DNA of 64,000 nucleotides from Macrostomum lignano. Its lineage: Eukaryota. The stretch covers positions 1,054,001 through 1,118,000 of the forward strand of contig NIVC01000070.1 in assembly GCA_002269645.1 (NCBI GenBank). Direction: 5' to 3'. Of the stretch, positions 1 to 12,809 are shown in pieces; within the stretch, counting starts at the first letter, position 1, and each line of letters opens with the position of its first letter. Under the pieces are notes generated by a model. It ran no database searches. It saw nothing but the letters and a program-made list of their open reading frames with translations, and was not told the origin of the DNA. The position numbers and the translations under genes were made by a program.

Positions 1-327
1 TCTGACTCTCCGACTGTCTGACTCTCCGACTATCTGACTCTCTGACTGTATGACTCTCCGACTGTCTGACTCTCTGACTATATGACTCTCCGACTATCTG
101 ACTCTCTGACTGTATGACTCTCCGACTATCTGACTCTCTGACTATCCGACTGTATGACTCTCCGACTGTCTGACTCTCTGACTGTCTGACTCTCCGACTA
201 TCTGACTCTCCGACTTTCTGACTCTCCGACTGTCTGACTCTCCGACTATCTGACTCTCTGACTGTATGACTCTCCGACTGTCTGACTCTCCGACTGTCTG
301 ACTCTCCGACTGTCTGACTCTCCAACA
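1..327. repeat. Low-complexity tandem repeat of TCTGACTCTCCGACTG-like units, runs off the window start
   Basis: Visible reiteration of tctgactctc(c/t)gact(g/a). Confidence 0.9.
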
Positions 328-1029
328 GTCTGATTCTCCACAGATCGTTGGGAATCTTTGGGAATTTGCAAATTTATATGGAAAGAGTTGGAAAAATTTT
401 CCTGATCCAGACGCCAGCGGTAGATGCTACTCAAGTCTGCGGAAACTCAGAACTCTGTCACAAGCACCTGGTGCAATGCAGGCATATTCGGCTTAGCAAT
501 TGTGAATGAAGGGTGGCGAGAAAGCGGGCAGGCGCTTCCTGTGTTGAAGCGGTGCCTCTCCTGAATCTGCAATTAAGTCGGCTGCGAATAATTCGTAGGC
601 GTTGGCGGCAGCTGGGATTGAAGAAAGCGCATGTCCGCTCAGGGGATTAGCGGCAGTGGGGGGGGGGGTTGGTGACCAAGGCGATCTTGAACAGGAATTT
701 GGAGTAGGCCAACTCCCCATGCTGCTCAAAGACTTTTGCAGGGGTTTAGGTCAGAAACTCACAGGCCGTAAGTCGGAATCATGGGCATTAGAAGGACACT
801 ACAAGCGTACACTCGCGAATCTTTAGATTATAGATTAGCTCTTTTGCGTAGCGCTAAATGAGGTTTTTCCATAGACAAGTTGAGTTGAGAAATATTCGCG
901 CTAGAAAAAGACGCAAAAGAGATAAGAACAACAGAAATCTCGCCGGAGCCATGCTTGCTTGCCGGGCCAAAGTGGGAATAAAAACGTTTCTGCAGTCTAT
1001 GGCCGGGCCCAAGGGAGGATTAGATAAAA

Positions 1030-1745
1030 TTCTGTAGTCTATGGCCAGGCTCAAGTGAGGAATAATTACAGCTCTGTAGTCTATGGCCAGGCTCAAGTGA
1101 GGAATAAATACAGCTCTGTAGTCTATGGCCAGGCTCAAGTGAGGAATAAATACAGCTCTGTAGTCTATGGCCAGGCTCAAGTGAGGAATAAATACAACTC
1201 TGTAGTCTATGGCCAGGCTCAAGTGAGGAATAAATACAGCTCTGTAGTCTATGGCCAGGCTCAAGTGAGGAATAAATACAGCTCTGTAGTCTATGGCCAG
1301 GCTCAAGTGAGGAATAAATACAACTCTGTAGTCTATGGCCAGGCTCAAGTGAGGAATAAATACAGCTCTGTAGTCTATGGCCAGGCTCAAGTGAGGAATA
1401 AATACAGCTCTGTAGTCTATGGCCAGGCTCAAGTGAGGAATAAATACAACTCTGTAGTCTATGGCCAGGCTCAAGTGAGGAATAAATACAGCTCTGTAGT
1501 CTATGGCCAGGCTCAAGTGAGGAATAAATACAGCTCTGTAGTCTATGGCCAGGCTCAAGTGAGGATTAAATACAGCTCTGTAGTCTATGGCCAGGCTCAA
1601 GTGAGGAATAAATACAACTATGTAGTCTATGGCCAGGCTCAAGTGAGGAATAAATACAACTCTGTAGTCTATGGCCAGGCTCAAGTGAGGAATAAATACA
1701 ACTCTGTAGTCTATGGCCAGGCTCAAGTGAGGAATAAATACAATT
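1030..1745. repeat. 42-bp minisatellite (CTCTGTAGTCTATGGCCAGGCTCAAGTGAGGAATAAATACAG)
   Basis: About 17 near-identical units (ctatggcc at 1081 and 1123). Explains ORFs 854-1726 and 1055-1933. Confidence 0.95.
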
Positions 1746-2544
1746 CCATAGAGCAGAGCTTACAAAAGTTGGTTCAAGCTAATAGAGGTTTTTGTTATTA
1801 TATGTATATTCATAAGTTATATTTACTCAGTCAAGGAAAAGTTCGCCTCTCCGGATTTCGGGTCCTGTCCTCCTTGACTAGTCCTCGGGGACTTAGCAGC
1901 TCCCTATCCAATATTTTCTCTTCCTCTCACTGACCCTCGCTTTTTGGTTTTTTTATTCGATTTTAAAGAAGAATTTTTCACTTCGCACAGGGGAAATCTG
2001 AACTGCGACACCGCGTGCCAAGTTAAAAAGGGTCCGGACTGGCTACAGAAAATGGAATTTCAGTTTTCTCGAGTTAACCAACCAACTGCGTGGGCTGGCA
2101 GCTTGTAGGAAGTCCGCCATGGAATTTAATTTCATTCCTTTTTCGATGCCTCGCACAGGCTTGGACACCTGGAGCGCGCGTGTGTCTGCGGCGGGCCCCC
2201 GAGCGTCAGTAACTATGGGGAGCTGACCGACGGACAAGAAAGTACATTTAGCAGGCGCCAAACAGGATTATATGGGAATCCGTGGACGGCACTTAATCCA
2301 TTTGCAGCGAATTCGAATCGATCTAGGACGCAGATTCAATATAAGCCTTATTCAAGCCTGCAACTAATCAATTATTCAGTTAGCTTCTTCAATAACGGGC
2401 CTGGAAAAGATAGCAGCATTCGGCAAGACAAAATTCGATTTCCGTGCTGTTACTTTGCTGAGACGAACTTGCACGAGTTGGTACAAGTTGGTACAGACAG
2501 AGAAGTCCTTATTCTTTTCAGGAAAAGAATTATTCTTTTTATGT

Positions 2545-3745
2545 TTCAAGGTCAAGGCTACTGATTGAGAAGTCTAAAGGTCAAGGCTACCCTGATTGAG
2601 AAGTTTAAAGGTCAAGGCTACTGATTGAGAAGTTTAAAGGTCAAGGCTACTGATTGAGAAGTCTAAAGGTCACGGCTTCTGATTGAGAAGTTTCAAGGTC
2701 AAGGCTACTGATTGAGAAGTCTAAAGGTCAAGGCTACCCTGATTGAGAAGTTTAAAGGTCAAGGCTACTGATTGAGAAGTTTAAAGGTCAAGGCTACTGA
2801 TTGAGAAGTCTAAAGGTCAAGGCTACTGATTGAGAAGTCTAAAGGTCAAGGCTACTGATTGAGAAGTCTAAAGGTCAAGGCTACCCTGATTGAGAAGTTT
2901 CAAGGTCAAGGCTACTGATTGAGAAGTTTCAAGGTCAAGGCTACCCTGATTGAGAAGTTTCAAGGTCAAGGCTACTGATTGAGAAGTTTAAAGGTCAGGG
3001 CTACTGATTGAGAACTCTAAAGGTCAAGGCTACTAATTGAGAAGTCTAAAGGTCAAGGCTACCCTGATTGAGAAGTCTAAAGGTCAAGGCTACCCTGATT
3101 GAGAAGTTTCAAGGTCAAGGCTACTGATTGAGAAGTTTTAAGGTCAAGGCTACTGATTGAAAAGTCTAAAGGTCAAAGCTACTGATTGGGAAGTCTAATG
3201 GTCAAGGCTACACTGATTGAGAAGTCTAAAGGTCACGGCTTCTGATTGAGAATTTTCAAGGTCACGGCTACTGATTGAGAATTTTCAAGGTCACGGCTAC
3301 TGATTGAGAATTTTCAAGGTCAAGGCTAATGATTGATAATTTTCAAGGTCAAGGCTACTGATTGAGAAGTCTAAAGGTCAAGGCTACCCTGATTGAGAAG
3401 TCTAAAGGTCAAGGCTACCCTGATTGAGAAGTTTCAAGGTCAAGGCTACTGATTGAGAAGTTTTAAGGTCAAGGCTACTGATTGAAAAGTCTAAAGGTCA
3501 AAGCTACTGATTGGGAAGTCTAATGGTCAAGGCTACACTGATTGAGAAGTCTAAAGGTCACGGCTTCTGATTGAGAATTTTCAAGGTCACGGCTACTGAT
3601 TGAGAATTTTCAAGGTCACGGCTACTGATTGAGAATTTTCAAGGTCACGGCTACTGATTGAGAATTTTCAAGGTCAAGGCTAATGATTGATAATTTTCAA
3701 GGTCAAGGCTACTGATTGAGAAGTCTAAAGGTCAAGGCTACACTG
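2545..3745. repeat. 29/31-bp minisatellite (TCAAGGCTACTGATTGAGAAGTTTAAAGG) in the DPYD intron
   Basis: About 40 units, with a 2-bp ctaccctg insertion variant. Confidence 0.95.
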
Positions 3746-3869
3746 ATAAAAAAGTTTTACGATGAATGTTACTGGTTGGAAAGTTAAAAAACTAGAAATC
3801 TCCTACAAAATTTTGGAAGCATTATTGTAAAAATAAATCTACGAGTCAGCTCTCAAAGTCAAAGCTCAC

Positions 3870-6230
3870 CTGCAGCACTGACGCCCCGGCGTACAAGAAC
3901 TGGATGCCCGCGTCCGCCGAATCGATGCCGCCCGTAGCCAGGATAGGAAAGCCGGGCATGTCGCGCGCGATATTCGACACGGCACGCAGGGCGATCGGGC
4001 GAATGGCGTTGCCGGACACTCCGCCGTAGGTGGTTTTCTGCTGTCGGCCGATTCGCGGCCACGGTCGGCCATTTGCGTCCAGCCCCATCAGACCGGACAC
4101 CGTGTTGGTGGCCGTGACTCCGTCGGCGCCTCCCTCCTTGGCGGCGCGGGCAATGTCCAACACGCTAGTGACGTTCGGCGTCAGCTTGGCGAACACGGGG
4201 ATCTTGACGGCCGCCTTCACCCAGCGGCAGATGTTGCGCACCAGCTCGGGAGACTGGCCGCAAGCCAAGCCCATGCCCTTCTCGCCCATGCCGTGCGGGC
4301 AGGACATGTTCAGCTCGAGCGCGTCCGCCCCGGCCTGCTCGGACATGACGGCCAGCTGCGTCCAGTCCTCCTCTGAGTAGCCGCACATCACCGACGCGAT
4401 GAGAACCTTCTCGGGGAAGTCGCGCTTCAACTCGGTGATGCTGCGGCACCAGTAGGCGGCCCGCTTCTCGCTGATCAGCTCAATGTTCAGGAAAGAGCCC
4501 TGGCTAGGCCCGTAGTTGTGCCCGGAAGTGGTGCCCCGGACAATCCTGGGCGACACGTTGGTGATAATGTCCTTGTCTAGCACGAATGTTTTGGTCAGGG
4601 CAAAGCCCCAGCCAGCTTCGAACGCCTTGCGAATCATCGCGCTAGTCGTGGTTGGCGGCGCGCTGGCCAGCCCGAACGGGTTCTCGAAGCGCAGGCCGCA
4701 CATCTGCACGCTGATGTCAACCGAATCGATTGGCGAGTAGAACTTCGGTAGCCGCGGCTCCACAGGGATCTCCTCGGAGGCGGAGTCGCCGCCGACGAAC
4801 TGCAAGTAGCGGTGCATGCTCCAGGCAGCCATCTTGCCGTCGTTGACGGATTCCACCGTCGTCTGGGCGACTCCGGCCACGTCGCCGCCAGCGAACACCC
4901 AGGGCTCGCTGGTTGCCATGGTGACCGAGTCCACCACTGGCAGACTCCAGCGGTTGAGCTTCACCGGAGCGATGGCTTCGATCAGATCCGGGTCCTGCAG
5001 TCCGGAGCCGAACGCCGAGATCAGGTAGTTGGCCTTCAGCCGCACGATTTGCTCCTCGTCCTCGCGCCAGTCGCCATTGTCGTCCTGCTCTGTGCGGCAG
5101 AACTCCACGCCGGTGATGCGGCCATCCTCCCTAGTCAGCACCTTGCGCGGCGACAGGAACGGGTGGAACTCGCAGTTCTCTTCCCTGGCCAGGTCCATCT
5201 CCTCCGGCACCGGACTGATGGTTGTGAAGCCTTTGCGGAACACCACGAACACTCGGCGGGCGCCGCAGCGCAGCGCCGAAGTGGCGCAATCGAAGGCGGT
5301 GTCGCCGGCGCCAAGCACGATGACGGAGCCGCTGAGCTGCGGCAGCGAAGGTCCGGCGCCTCCGCCGCAGCCGCACATGCCTGGCTTTGAAGCGGCTGCC
5401 ACCAGCGGCAGGAACTCCTTAGACGTGTAGAATCCCTGCTCAACCGTGAGCCCCTTGAACGCTGGAATCAGTTTCGGATTCGGCAGCCCGAAGCCCAGGA
5501 AAGCGCAGGCGTAGCCTTCGGACTTCAGCGAGGCCAGAGTTCGTCGGGCCTTGACTGAAAGCGGCGCCTCGAGCCGGATTTTGACGCCGAGGTCCTTCAC
5601 TAGCTGCACTTCGTAGTCGACCACGTTGAATGGCAGACGGAACTGCGGTATCTCGGTGCTGCTCAGGCCGCCAACCGTGGCAGAGCGCTCGAAAATGTCC
5701 ACCCGGCTGTAGCCGAGTCTGGCGAGAAACGTGGCGCAGCTGAGGCTGGCCGGGCCGCAGCCGATTAGCGCCACGGGCTGCTGGTAGGCCGGCAGGTCGC
5801 GATTTCCGGCCAGTTCCGGTGGCACCACCTGCGGCAGACGCATCTGCATGAACGTCTCGGTGGCGAAGTGCTGAAGTCCCCCGATGTTGATGGGGCCCTC
5901 CTCGCTGGCGTACAGGTTGCAGCCTCCGACGCAGAGGTCGCTGGTCGGGCACACCATGCCGCAGGTGAGCCCGAGTGGATTGTCGGAAAAGATCGACCTA
6001 GCCGCTCCGTAGTAGTTCTTGTTGGCTATTGAAGTAATGAACGACTTGACGTCTATCTGGGTTGGGCAGCCTTTCTGGCAAGGAGCGTCGGCACACTTCA
6101 GACAGCGGGCAGCTTCGCGCAGGGCGCCCCGCTCGGATAGCGTCGTGTGCTTGATGTCGCGAAAGTCGCGCTCCAAGGGATGACAGGTGCTGCAGTTTTT
6201 GTCCTTGTTGCGCTTCCAGTGAGCCTTGCC
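3870..6230 (-). CDS. DPYD: Dihydropyrimidine dehydrogenase [NADP+], exon 2 (2361 bp, 787 codons)
   Basis: Acceptor ttcag|GGC AAG GCT CAC TGG at 6230; donor CAG|gtgagc at 3870. Encodes [25 protein letters not shown] (Fe-S), GCGPA and [10 protein letters not shown] (FAD/NADPH), ASAPP and [16 protein letters not shown] (FMN/pyrimidine site with catalytic Cys). Confidence 0.97.
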
Positions 6231-6529
6231 CTGAATTAAGAATGGGTAATGATTTGGTTCTGTATTTATTCTGTACTTTTACTAGTGGCTACATTATTCC
6301 GAATTGGCCCTAAGTAGCGGCACTGTTAATGGCTCTTCACTTTGTACATTGGGTATAACAGCTTTCTGACGTTTTTATTGAGCCAAAATTTATTGTGCCC
6401 TAGGTCGGGCGGGCGTGCATTGAGTGAACAATAAAAACTATCCTATCTTAGTCAGACTCGTTTCTCAGTCGTTCAGACGGCCACCGATAAATGAATAAAC
6501 GGGAGAGATTATATACTTCTATTCCGCAG

Positions 6530-7400
6530 AAAGGAGAGCGAGGAATCCATTTTTCCTTCCCTAAAGATAGCTGGTGCGATGGAGTGGTGGGCGTTAGCTA
6601 CGTACATTGTTTCAGAATGGAGAGCAAGGAATCCAGTTTTCTTTCCCTAAAGATAGCTGGTTAGCTGGTGCGATGGGGTGGCGGGCGTTAGCCGTTAGCT
6701 ATGTACATTGGCTCAGAATGGAGAGCGAGGAATCCAGTTTTCCTTCCCCAAAGATAGCTGGTGCGATGGGGTGGTGGGTGTTAGCTATGCACATTGTCTC
6801 AAAATGGAGAGCGAGAAATCCAGTTTTCCTTCCCTAAAGATAGCTGGTGCGATGGGGTGGATGGTGCTAGCTATGTACATTGGCTCAGAATGGAGAGCGA
6901 GAAATCCAGTTTTCCTTCCCCAAAGATAGCTGGTGCGATGGGGTGGTGGGTGTTAGCTATGCACATTGGCTCAAAATGGAGAGCGAGAAATCCAGTTTTC
7001 CTTCCCTAAAGATAGCTGGTGCGATGGGGTGGATGGTGCTAGCTATGTACATTGGCTCAGAATGGAGAGCGAGGAATCCAGTTTTCCTTCCCCAAAGATA
7101 GCTGGTGCGATGGGGTGGTGGGTGTTAGCTATGCACATTGGCTCAAAATGGAGAGCGAGAAATCCAGTTTTCCTTCCCTAAAGATAGCTGGTGCGATGGG
7201 GTGGATGGTGCTAGCTATGTACATTGGCTCAGAATGGAAAGCGAGGAATCCAGTTTTCTTTCCCTAAAGATAGCTGGTTAGCTGGTGCGATGGGGTGGCG
7301 GGCGTTAGCCGTTAGCTATGTACATTGGCTCGGAATGGAGAGCGAGGAATCCAGTTTTCCTTCCCCAAGGATAGCTGGTGCGATGGGGTGGCGGGTGTTG
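6530..7400. repeat. 86-bp minisatellite with alternating A/B units (172-bp higher-order repeat), DPYD intron 1
   Basis: gatagctggtgcgatgggg recurs at 6753, 6839, 6925, 7011, 7097 and 7183. Confidence 0.92.
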
Positions 7401-8504
7401 GCTATTTACATCGTCCAAAATAAGATCCTGGAGTCTGTCAATAGCGCTTGTCTATTCTCTCTTCCCTTTCCTTTTCAAGTTAACGTGTGTGGTGAGCCTT
7501 GCGCACACTTTAGGAAATCACACAGGCACGCACCTTTTTACACATACTGGTGGATGAAGTTAGGAATGAAATATGCAAAAATACATGAAATCCTTGATAA
7601 TAATAGAAACATCTTCTGGCCAGGGTAAAAATCCTTAATATGCAGGAACACACACTAGTTAATGACTGGCCTTTTCATTGCCGCAATATCAAAAGGGATT
7701 TAAAGTTCTGTATGAGCTGACTATTCCCTTTTCCTCGCTCAATGCAAGGCTTTATCTTCAAAGTACTCAAAATATCTGTGCTTCACGTGTATGCCTCCGT
7801 CCCCATTCACGCCCGCACTGCCTCAATTGCTCACGTCAATCGCTAATGAAGCGTGGAGCCTCCTGTGTCAGTGCAATGCAACCCAAGCGGCTAACGGTTT
7901 GTTGCCAGCCAGGCAACCCAGGCTTAAGAGTGAGAAAGTACAAGAGAAAATTAACCAAGTGGAAGAAGCAAAATCACTACATGTTACTTACACATTGTTA
8001 AACAGAAAGCCATGTTTTCTGTTTCGTCCTAAATAGTTAACCACAGATAACTCAATAACAAATCATTTGCTTATAGCTTATGAATTTTACTTCTCAGTAC
8101 CCGAGATTTGCTCACGCCGCTGCCATGCAAGAAAACCCCATACGTTCTCAAATGTTCCTTGGGTTCGTATCGCTAGTTGGATAGGCTTCTGCTGAGTTGC
8201 ACTCCAGCAAGGCCAGAGACAGATAAAAGAGTTTATCTGCAAAAGCCGTTTGAGTTGGGAGTTCTCATTTACAGAAAAAAAGTGTTTACGCACCGCCAAG
8301 AACGGGTTGCCTCTGCCGTTATTCACAGCTAGTTGACAACAATTCTCATAGAAAATCGTTGGGAGCGACAATCTTTGCTCGGATATGTCAAGGTTGAAGA
8401 CGGTCAATAGCATCGCGAAACTTGATAACATACCCATATATCTGACTAAGAATACTTTACTGACGCCTTAAGTCTTCCCTAATATTTCTAATCACCTACT
8501 ATGG

Positions 8505-9215
8505 CACATTCATAAGCCACCCCTGACATTTATTAGCCACCCCTGACATTCATTAGCCACCCCTGACATTCATAAGCCACCCCTGACATTCATCAGTCAC
8601 CCCTGACATTCATTAGCCACCCCTGACATTCATTAGCCACCCCTGACATTCATAAGCCACCCCTGACATTCAAAAGCCACCCCTGACATTCATCACCCAC
8701 CCCTGACATTCATCAGTCACCCCTGACATTCATAAGCCACCCCTGACATTCATCAGTCACCCCTGACATTCATTAGCCACCCCTGACATTCATCAGTCAC
8801 CCCTGACATTCATTAGCCACCCCTGACATTCATCAGTCACCCCTGACATTCATCAGTCACCCCTGACATTCATTAGCCACCCCTGACATTCATCAGTCAC
8901 CCCTGACATTCATCAGTCACCCCTGACATTCATAAGCCACCCCTGACATTCATCAGTCACCCCTGACATTCATTAGCCACCCCTGACATTCATCAGTCAC
9001 CCCTGACATTCATTAGCCACCCCTGACATTCATCAGTCACCCCTGACATTCATCAGTCACCCCTGACATTCATCAGTCACCCCTGACATTCATTAGTCAC
9101 CCCTGACATTCATCAGTCACCCCTGACATTCATTAGCCACCCCTGACATTCATTAGCCACCCCTGACATTCATCAGCCACCCCTGAAATTCATCAGCCAC
9201 CCCTGAAATTCATAA
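8505..9215. repeat. 20-bp minisatellite (AGCCACCCCTGACATTCATT / AGTCACCCCTGACATTCATC), DPYD intron 1
   Basis: About 35 directly visible units. Confidence 0.95.
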
Positions 9216-9282
9216 AGTCTCCGCTGACACATTCATAAAGCCTCCACTGACACATTCATAAAGCCATCTCGACTCTCCTTAC

Positions 9283-9390
9283 CTTTTTAGTCAGAGCAGT
9301 TGGCACTGCATTGGCATGCGGCCTAATCACTGGGTTGAGCTGCAGAATGCTCTCGATATCCTGCGCATGCTTGCTCATCAGATCCGACAT
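9283..9390 (-). CDS. DPYD: Dihydropyrimidine dehydrogenase exon 1 (MSDLMSKHAQDIESILQLNPVIRPHANAVPTALTKK)
   Basis: gcagccATG at 9390, 36 codons, donor AAG|gtaagg. DIESILQLNP matches the conserved DPYD N-terminus (DIESILALNP); phase 0 joins exon 2. Not in the ORF track. Confidence 0.92.
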
Positions 9391-9904
9391 GGCTGCTTCC
9401 GGTAAATTGTATATAGCTAGCAATGCTAATTCTAAGTTGCATTCACGCAGTCCAGGGTTGCTGTTGCGCCCAGGGGAGACAAGTCAGGTGATAGGCTGAA
9501 CTCTATAATTTATAGACACCTAAGGCAGTGATATTATGCAGCTGATAAGCGCTGGGGCCCTGGGGGGGGGGGGGGGAGGCTCGCCCCCTAAGCTCGTGTA
9601 CAAGCTCTGCGTGTAGTTTAGTCAGTGCCTCACCTTATCTCGGGCAGAGAGATATTAGCGTCATGGAGTTCATTTGTTTGTACAATTAGCGACAAGTAAA
9701 GTGGTGAAGTGATAGTTTTAGTGACAGAAAATGAGTTTATTTTAAACTGACAAGCAACTAACTCGTAGGTTCGCCACACAGTGCAGTCACTACACAGGAC
9801 GAAATTCTATGTACGAAGCATTTTAAGTACATCGTCACATTTAATCACGTGAAATTTAACTAGTTCACTATGCAAATACGTGGATCTGGTCTATGATCTG
9901 TGGT

Positions 9905-11535
9905 CTAAGTTTCTGCCTATTGCTCTGTCTAATGTTGTTGGTTCAAGTTTCTGCCAATCGCTCTGTCTAATGTTGTTGGTTCAAGTTTCTGCATATTGCT
10001 CTGTCTAATGTTGGTTCAAGTTTCTGCCTATTGCTCTGTCTAATGTTGTTGGTTCAAGATTCTGCCTATCGCACTGTCTAATGGTGTTGGTTCAAGATTC
10101 TGCCTATTGTTCCGTCTAATGTTGTTGGTTCAAGTTTCTGCCAATCGCTCTGTCTAATGTTGTTGGTTCAAGTTTCTGCCTATCGCACTGTCTAATGTTG
10201 TTGGTTCAAGTTTCTGCCTATTGCTCTGTCTAATGTTGTTGGTTCAAGTTTCTGCCTATTGTTCTGTCTAATGTTGTTGGTTCAAGTTTCTGCCTATCGC
10301 ACTGTCTAATGTTGTTGGTTCAAGTTTCTGCCTATTGCTCTGTCTAATGTTGTTGGTTCAAGTTTCTGCCTATTGTTCTGTCTAATGTTGTTGGTTCAAG
10401 TTTCTGCCAATCGCTCTGTCTAATGTTGTTGGTTCAAGTTTCTGCCTATTGCTCTGTCTAATGTTGTTGGTTCAAGTTTCTGCCAATCGCTCTGTCTAAC
10501 GTTGTTGGTTCAAGTTTCTGCCTATCGCACTGTCTAATGTTGTTGGTTCAAGTTTCTGCCTATCGCACTGTCTAATGTTGTTGGTTCAAGTTTCTGCCTA
10601 TCGCACTGTCTAATGTTGTTGGTTCAAGATTCTGCCTATTGTTCTGTCTAATGTTGTTGGTTCAAGTTTCTGCCAATCGCTCTGTCTAATGTTGTTGGTT
10701 CAAGTTTCTGCCTATCGCACTGTCTAATGTTGTTGGTTCAAGTTTCTGCCTATTGCTCTGTCTAATGTTGTTGGTTCAAGTTTCTGCCTATTGTTCTGTC
10801 TAATGTTGTTGGTTCAAGTTTCTGCCTATCGCACTGTCTAATGTTGTTGGTTCAAGTTTCTGCCTATTGCTCTGTCTAATGTTGTTGGTTCAAGTTTCTG
10901 CCTATTGTTCTGTCTAATGTTGTTGGTTCAAGTTTCTGCCAATCGCTCTGTCTAATGTTGTTGGTTCAAGTTTCTGCCTATTGCTCTGTCTAATGTTGTT
11001 GGTTCAAGTTTCTGCCAATCGCTCTGTCTAACGTTGTTGGTTCAAGTTTCTGCCTATCGCACTGTCTAATGTTGTTGGTTCAAGTTTCTGCCTATCGCAC
11101 TGTCTAATGTTGTTGGTTCAAGTTTCTGCCTATCGCACTGTCTAATGTTGTTGGTTCAAGTTTCTGCCTATCGCACTGTCTAATGTTGTTGGTTCAAGTT
11201 TCTGCCTATCGCACTGTCTAATGTTGTTGGTTCAAGTTTCTGCCTATTGCTCTGTCTAATGTTGTTGGTTCAAGTTTCTGCCTATTGTTCTGTCTAATGT
11301 TGTTGGTTCAAGTTTCTGCCTATTGCTCTGTCTAATGTTGTTGGTTCAAGTTTCTGCCTATTGTTCTGTCTAATGTTGTTGGTTCAAGTTTCTGCCTATC
11401 GCACTGTCTAATGTTGTTGGTTCAAGTTTCTGCCTATCGCACTGTCTAATGTTGTTGGTTCAAGTTTCTGCCTATCGCACTGTCTAATGTTGTTGGTTCA
11501 AGTTTCTGCCTATCGCACTGTCTAATGGTGTTGGT
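9905..11535. repeat. 38-bp minisatellite (CAAGTTTCTGCCTATTGCTCTGTCTAATGTTGTTGGTT)
   Basis: About 42 units; period read from 10321 and 10359. Confidence 0.95.
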
Positions 11536-12809
11536 CAAATGTTTTATGTTTCTATGTATATATCTTCTACGAGCATGTGATCCTTTCTTAGTATCTGTCT
11601 CACTGCCTCACATTTCACCAGTGCATAGTCTTTCTGTGTACTATTTAATTGCAGTAGGTCCTTTTATCCATCCCATTTCTTTATTGGTCAGTCCGGTTGT
11701 CCATAAAAATCATTCCACAAAGACCTTCCTGCACTCCATAGAGCCGCAGTTTTCACAGATGATTGACTCACAAAATGGACTCGCAGAATTCCGGAGCAGC
11801 TCCATCAGAAACTGAATTCTTCCATCTCTGGGCAAAAATGAAAGCAACTCTGATTGCAAAAACTAAAGTTCTCCAGCACCGACTGAATGAGCCGCCCTGG
11901 ACTAATTAATTCCTTTGCATTCCGCATGGGGCAGGATATTAATGCATTAATATATAGAAATAAACTGCCATATAGGCGTAAATTGAAATTATCAATCAGC
12001 CCGAAAAAATGATTGAAAGCATTCAATATAATCGCGACCCCCAGCTCCCAGGCCACCCAAGCTCAATGGTATTAAGAAACTGCAAAAAACCCGAGAAGAG
12101 TCTGAGGAGGAAACAGCTCCCCCCCCCACAAATCTTCCAAGTCAACGAGGCTTCCCATGGTTTTTCTCTCCTTCTCCTAATCTTTCTCCCAAATTTCTCC
12201 TCTTCATTTCCCAGTCAAACTGGTCGATTTTCAGCCGAGCCTTGCAGCCCAGAAGTCGCAGGGCACCGCAGAACTTGCGGTCAAACAAAGCGCGAAACTT
12301 AGCGTAGCTGTATATGAGCTCATTTATGAATAAAACTGCTCATACATCCTATATAGTAATAGCACATATAGCCTTAGGCGTCAACTAGAGGCCATCCGCA
12401 ACCCTCACACTCCTTTCTCGCCTCTTCTTTGCTCAATTCATTTTTCATAACTGGCCGTTCAATAAAGCCACGGGATGAAAACTTCTCCACCGCGGCAGGG
12501 GGACGAAGGGGAGACGAGCAAGAAATTAAAATGCTAGCTGAGCTTCTGGGTCGGAATGAGATGTGAATCCGGTGCGGAATGGCGCTATGCGGGCTGCTGG
12601 GCCGGCTCAACTTTAATTGGATTTTTCATCTCCCGCCTATCCCCCAGACTTTTCACACAGACTTATTGTGGCAGAAACAGACTGGCAAATGTAAATATGT
12701 ATTCATTGAGGACTTATGGTCAAAATTTCAGGGCGTTTAGGACGCGGTGAAATGCTGGGGGCGTTGCTTAGACAACGATAAGTCAACGGTTGGGCATTCA
12801 GAATAAGAG

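Noticed and set aside
493-729. KRLPAFSPPF as a possible DPYD C-terminal exon (compare KLPSFGPY)
   Set aside because: The match is too short, flanking residues do not align, and the intervening VCSA exon is absent.
854-1933. 290-aa ORFs on both strands (VVYGQAQVRNKYSS repeats)
   Set aside because: They are translations of a 42-bp minisatellite whose length is a multiple of three; no splice context or domain.
3859-5952. Alternative-frame and antisense ORFs overlapping DPYD, KCTD, PHKA and GS exons
   Set aside because: Expected shadows of GC3-rich coding sequence.
9555-9590. G-run upstream of the DPYD start as a promoter element
   Set aside because: No functional evidence; could be a MITE end or homopolymer noise.
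9905-11535. Regular 28-42-bp arrays here and elsewhere as possible CRISPR arrays
   Set aside because: Units are head-to-tail with no unique spacers, there are no cas genes, and the context is intron-containing eukaryotic DNA.
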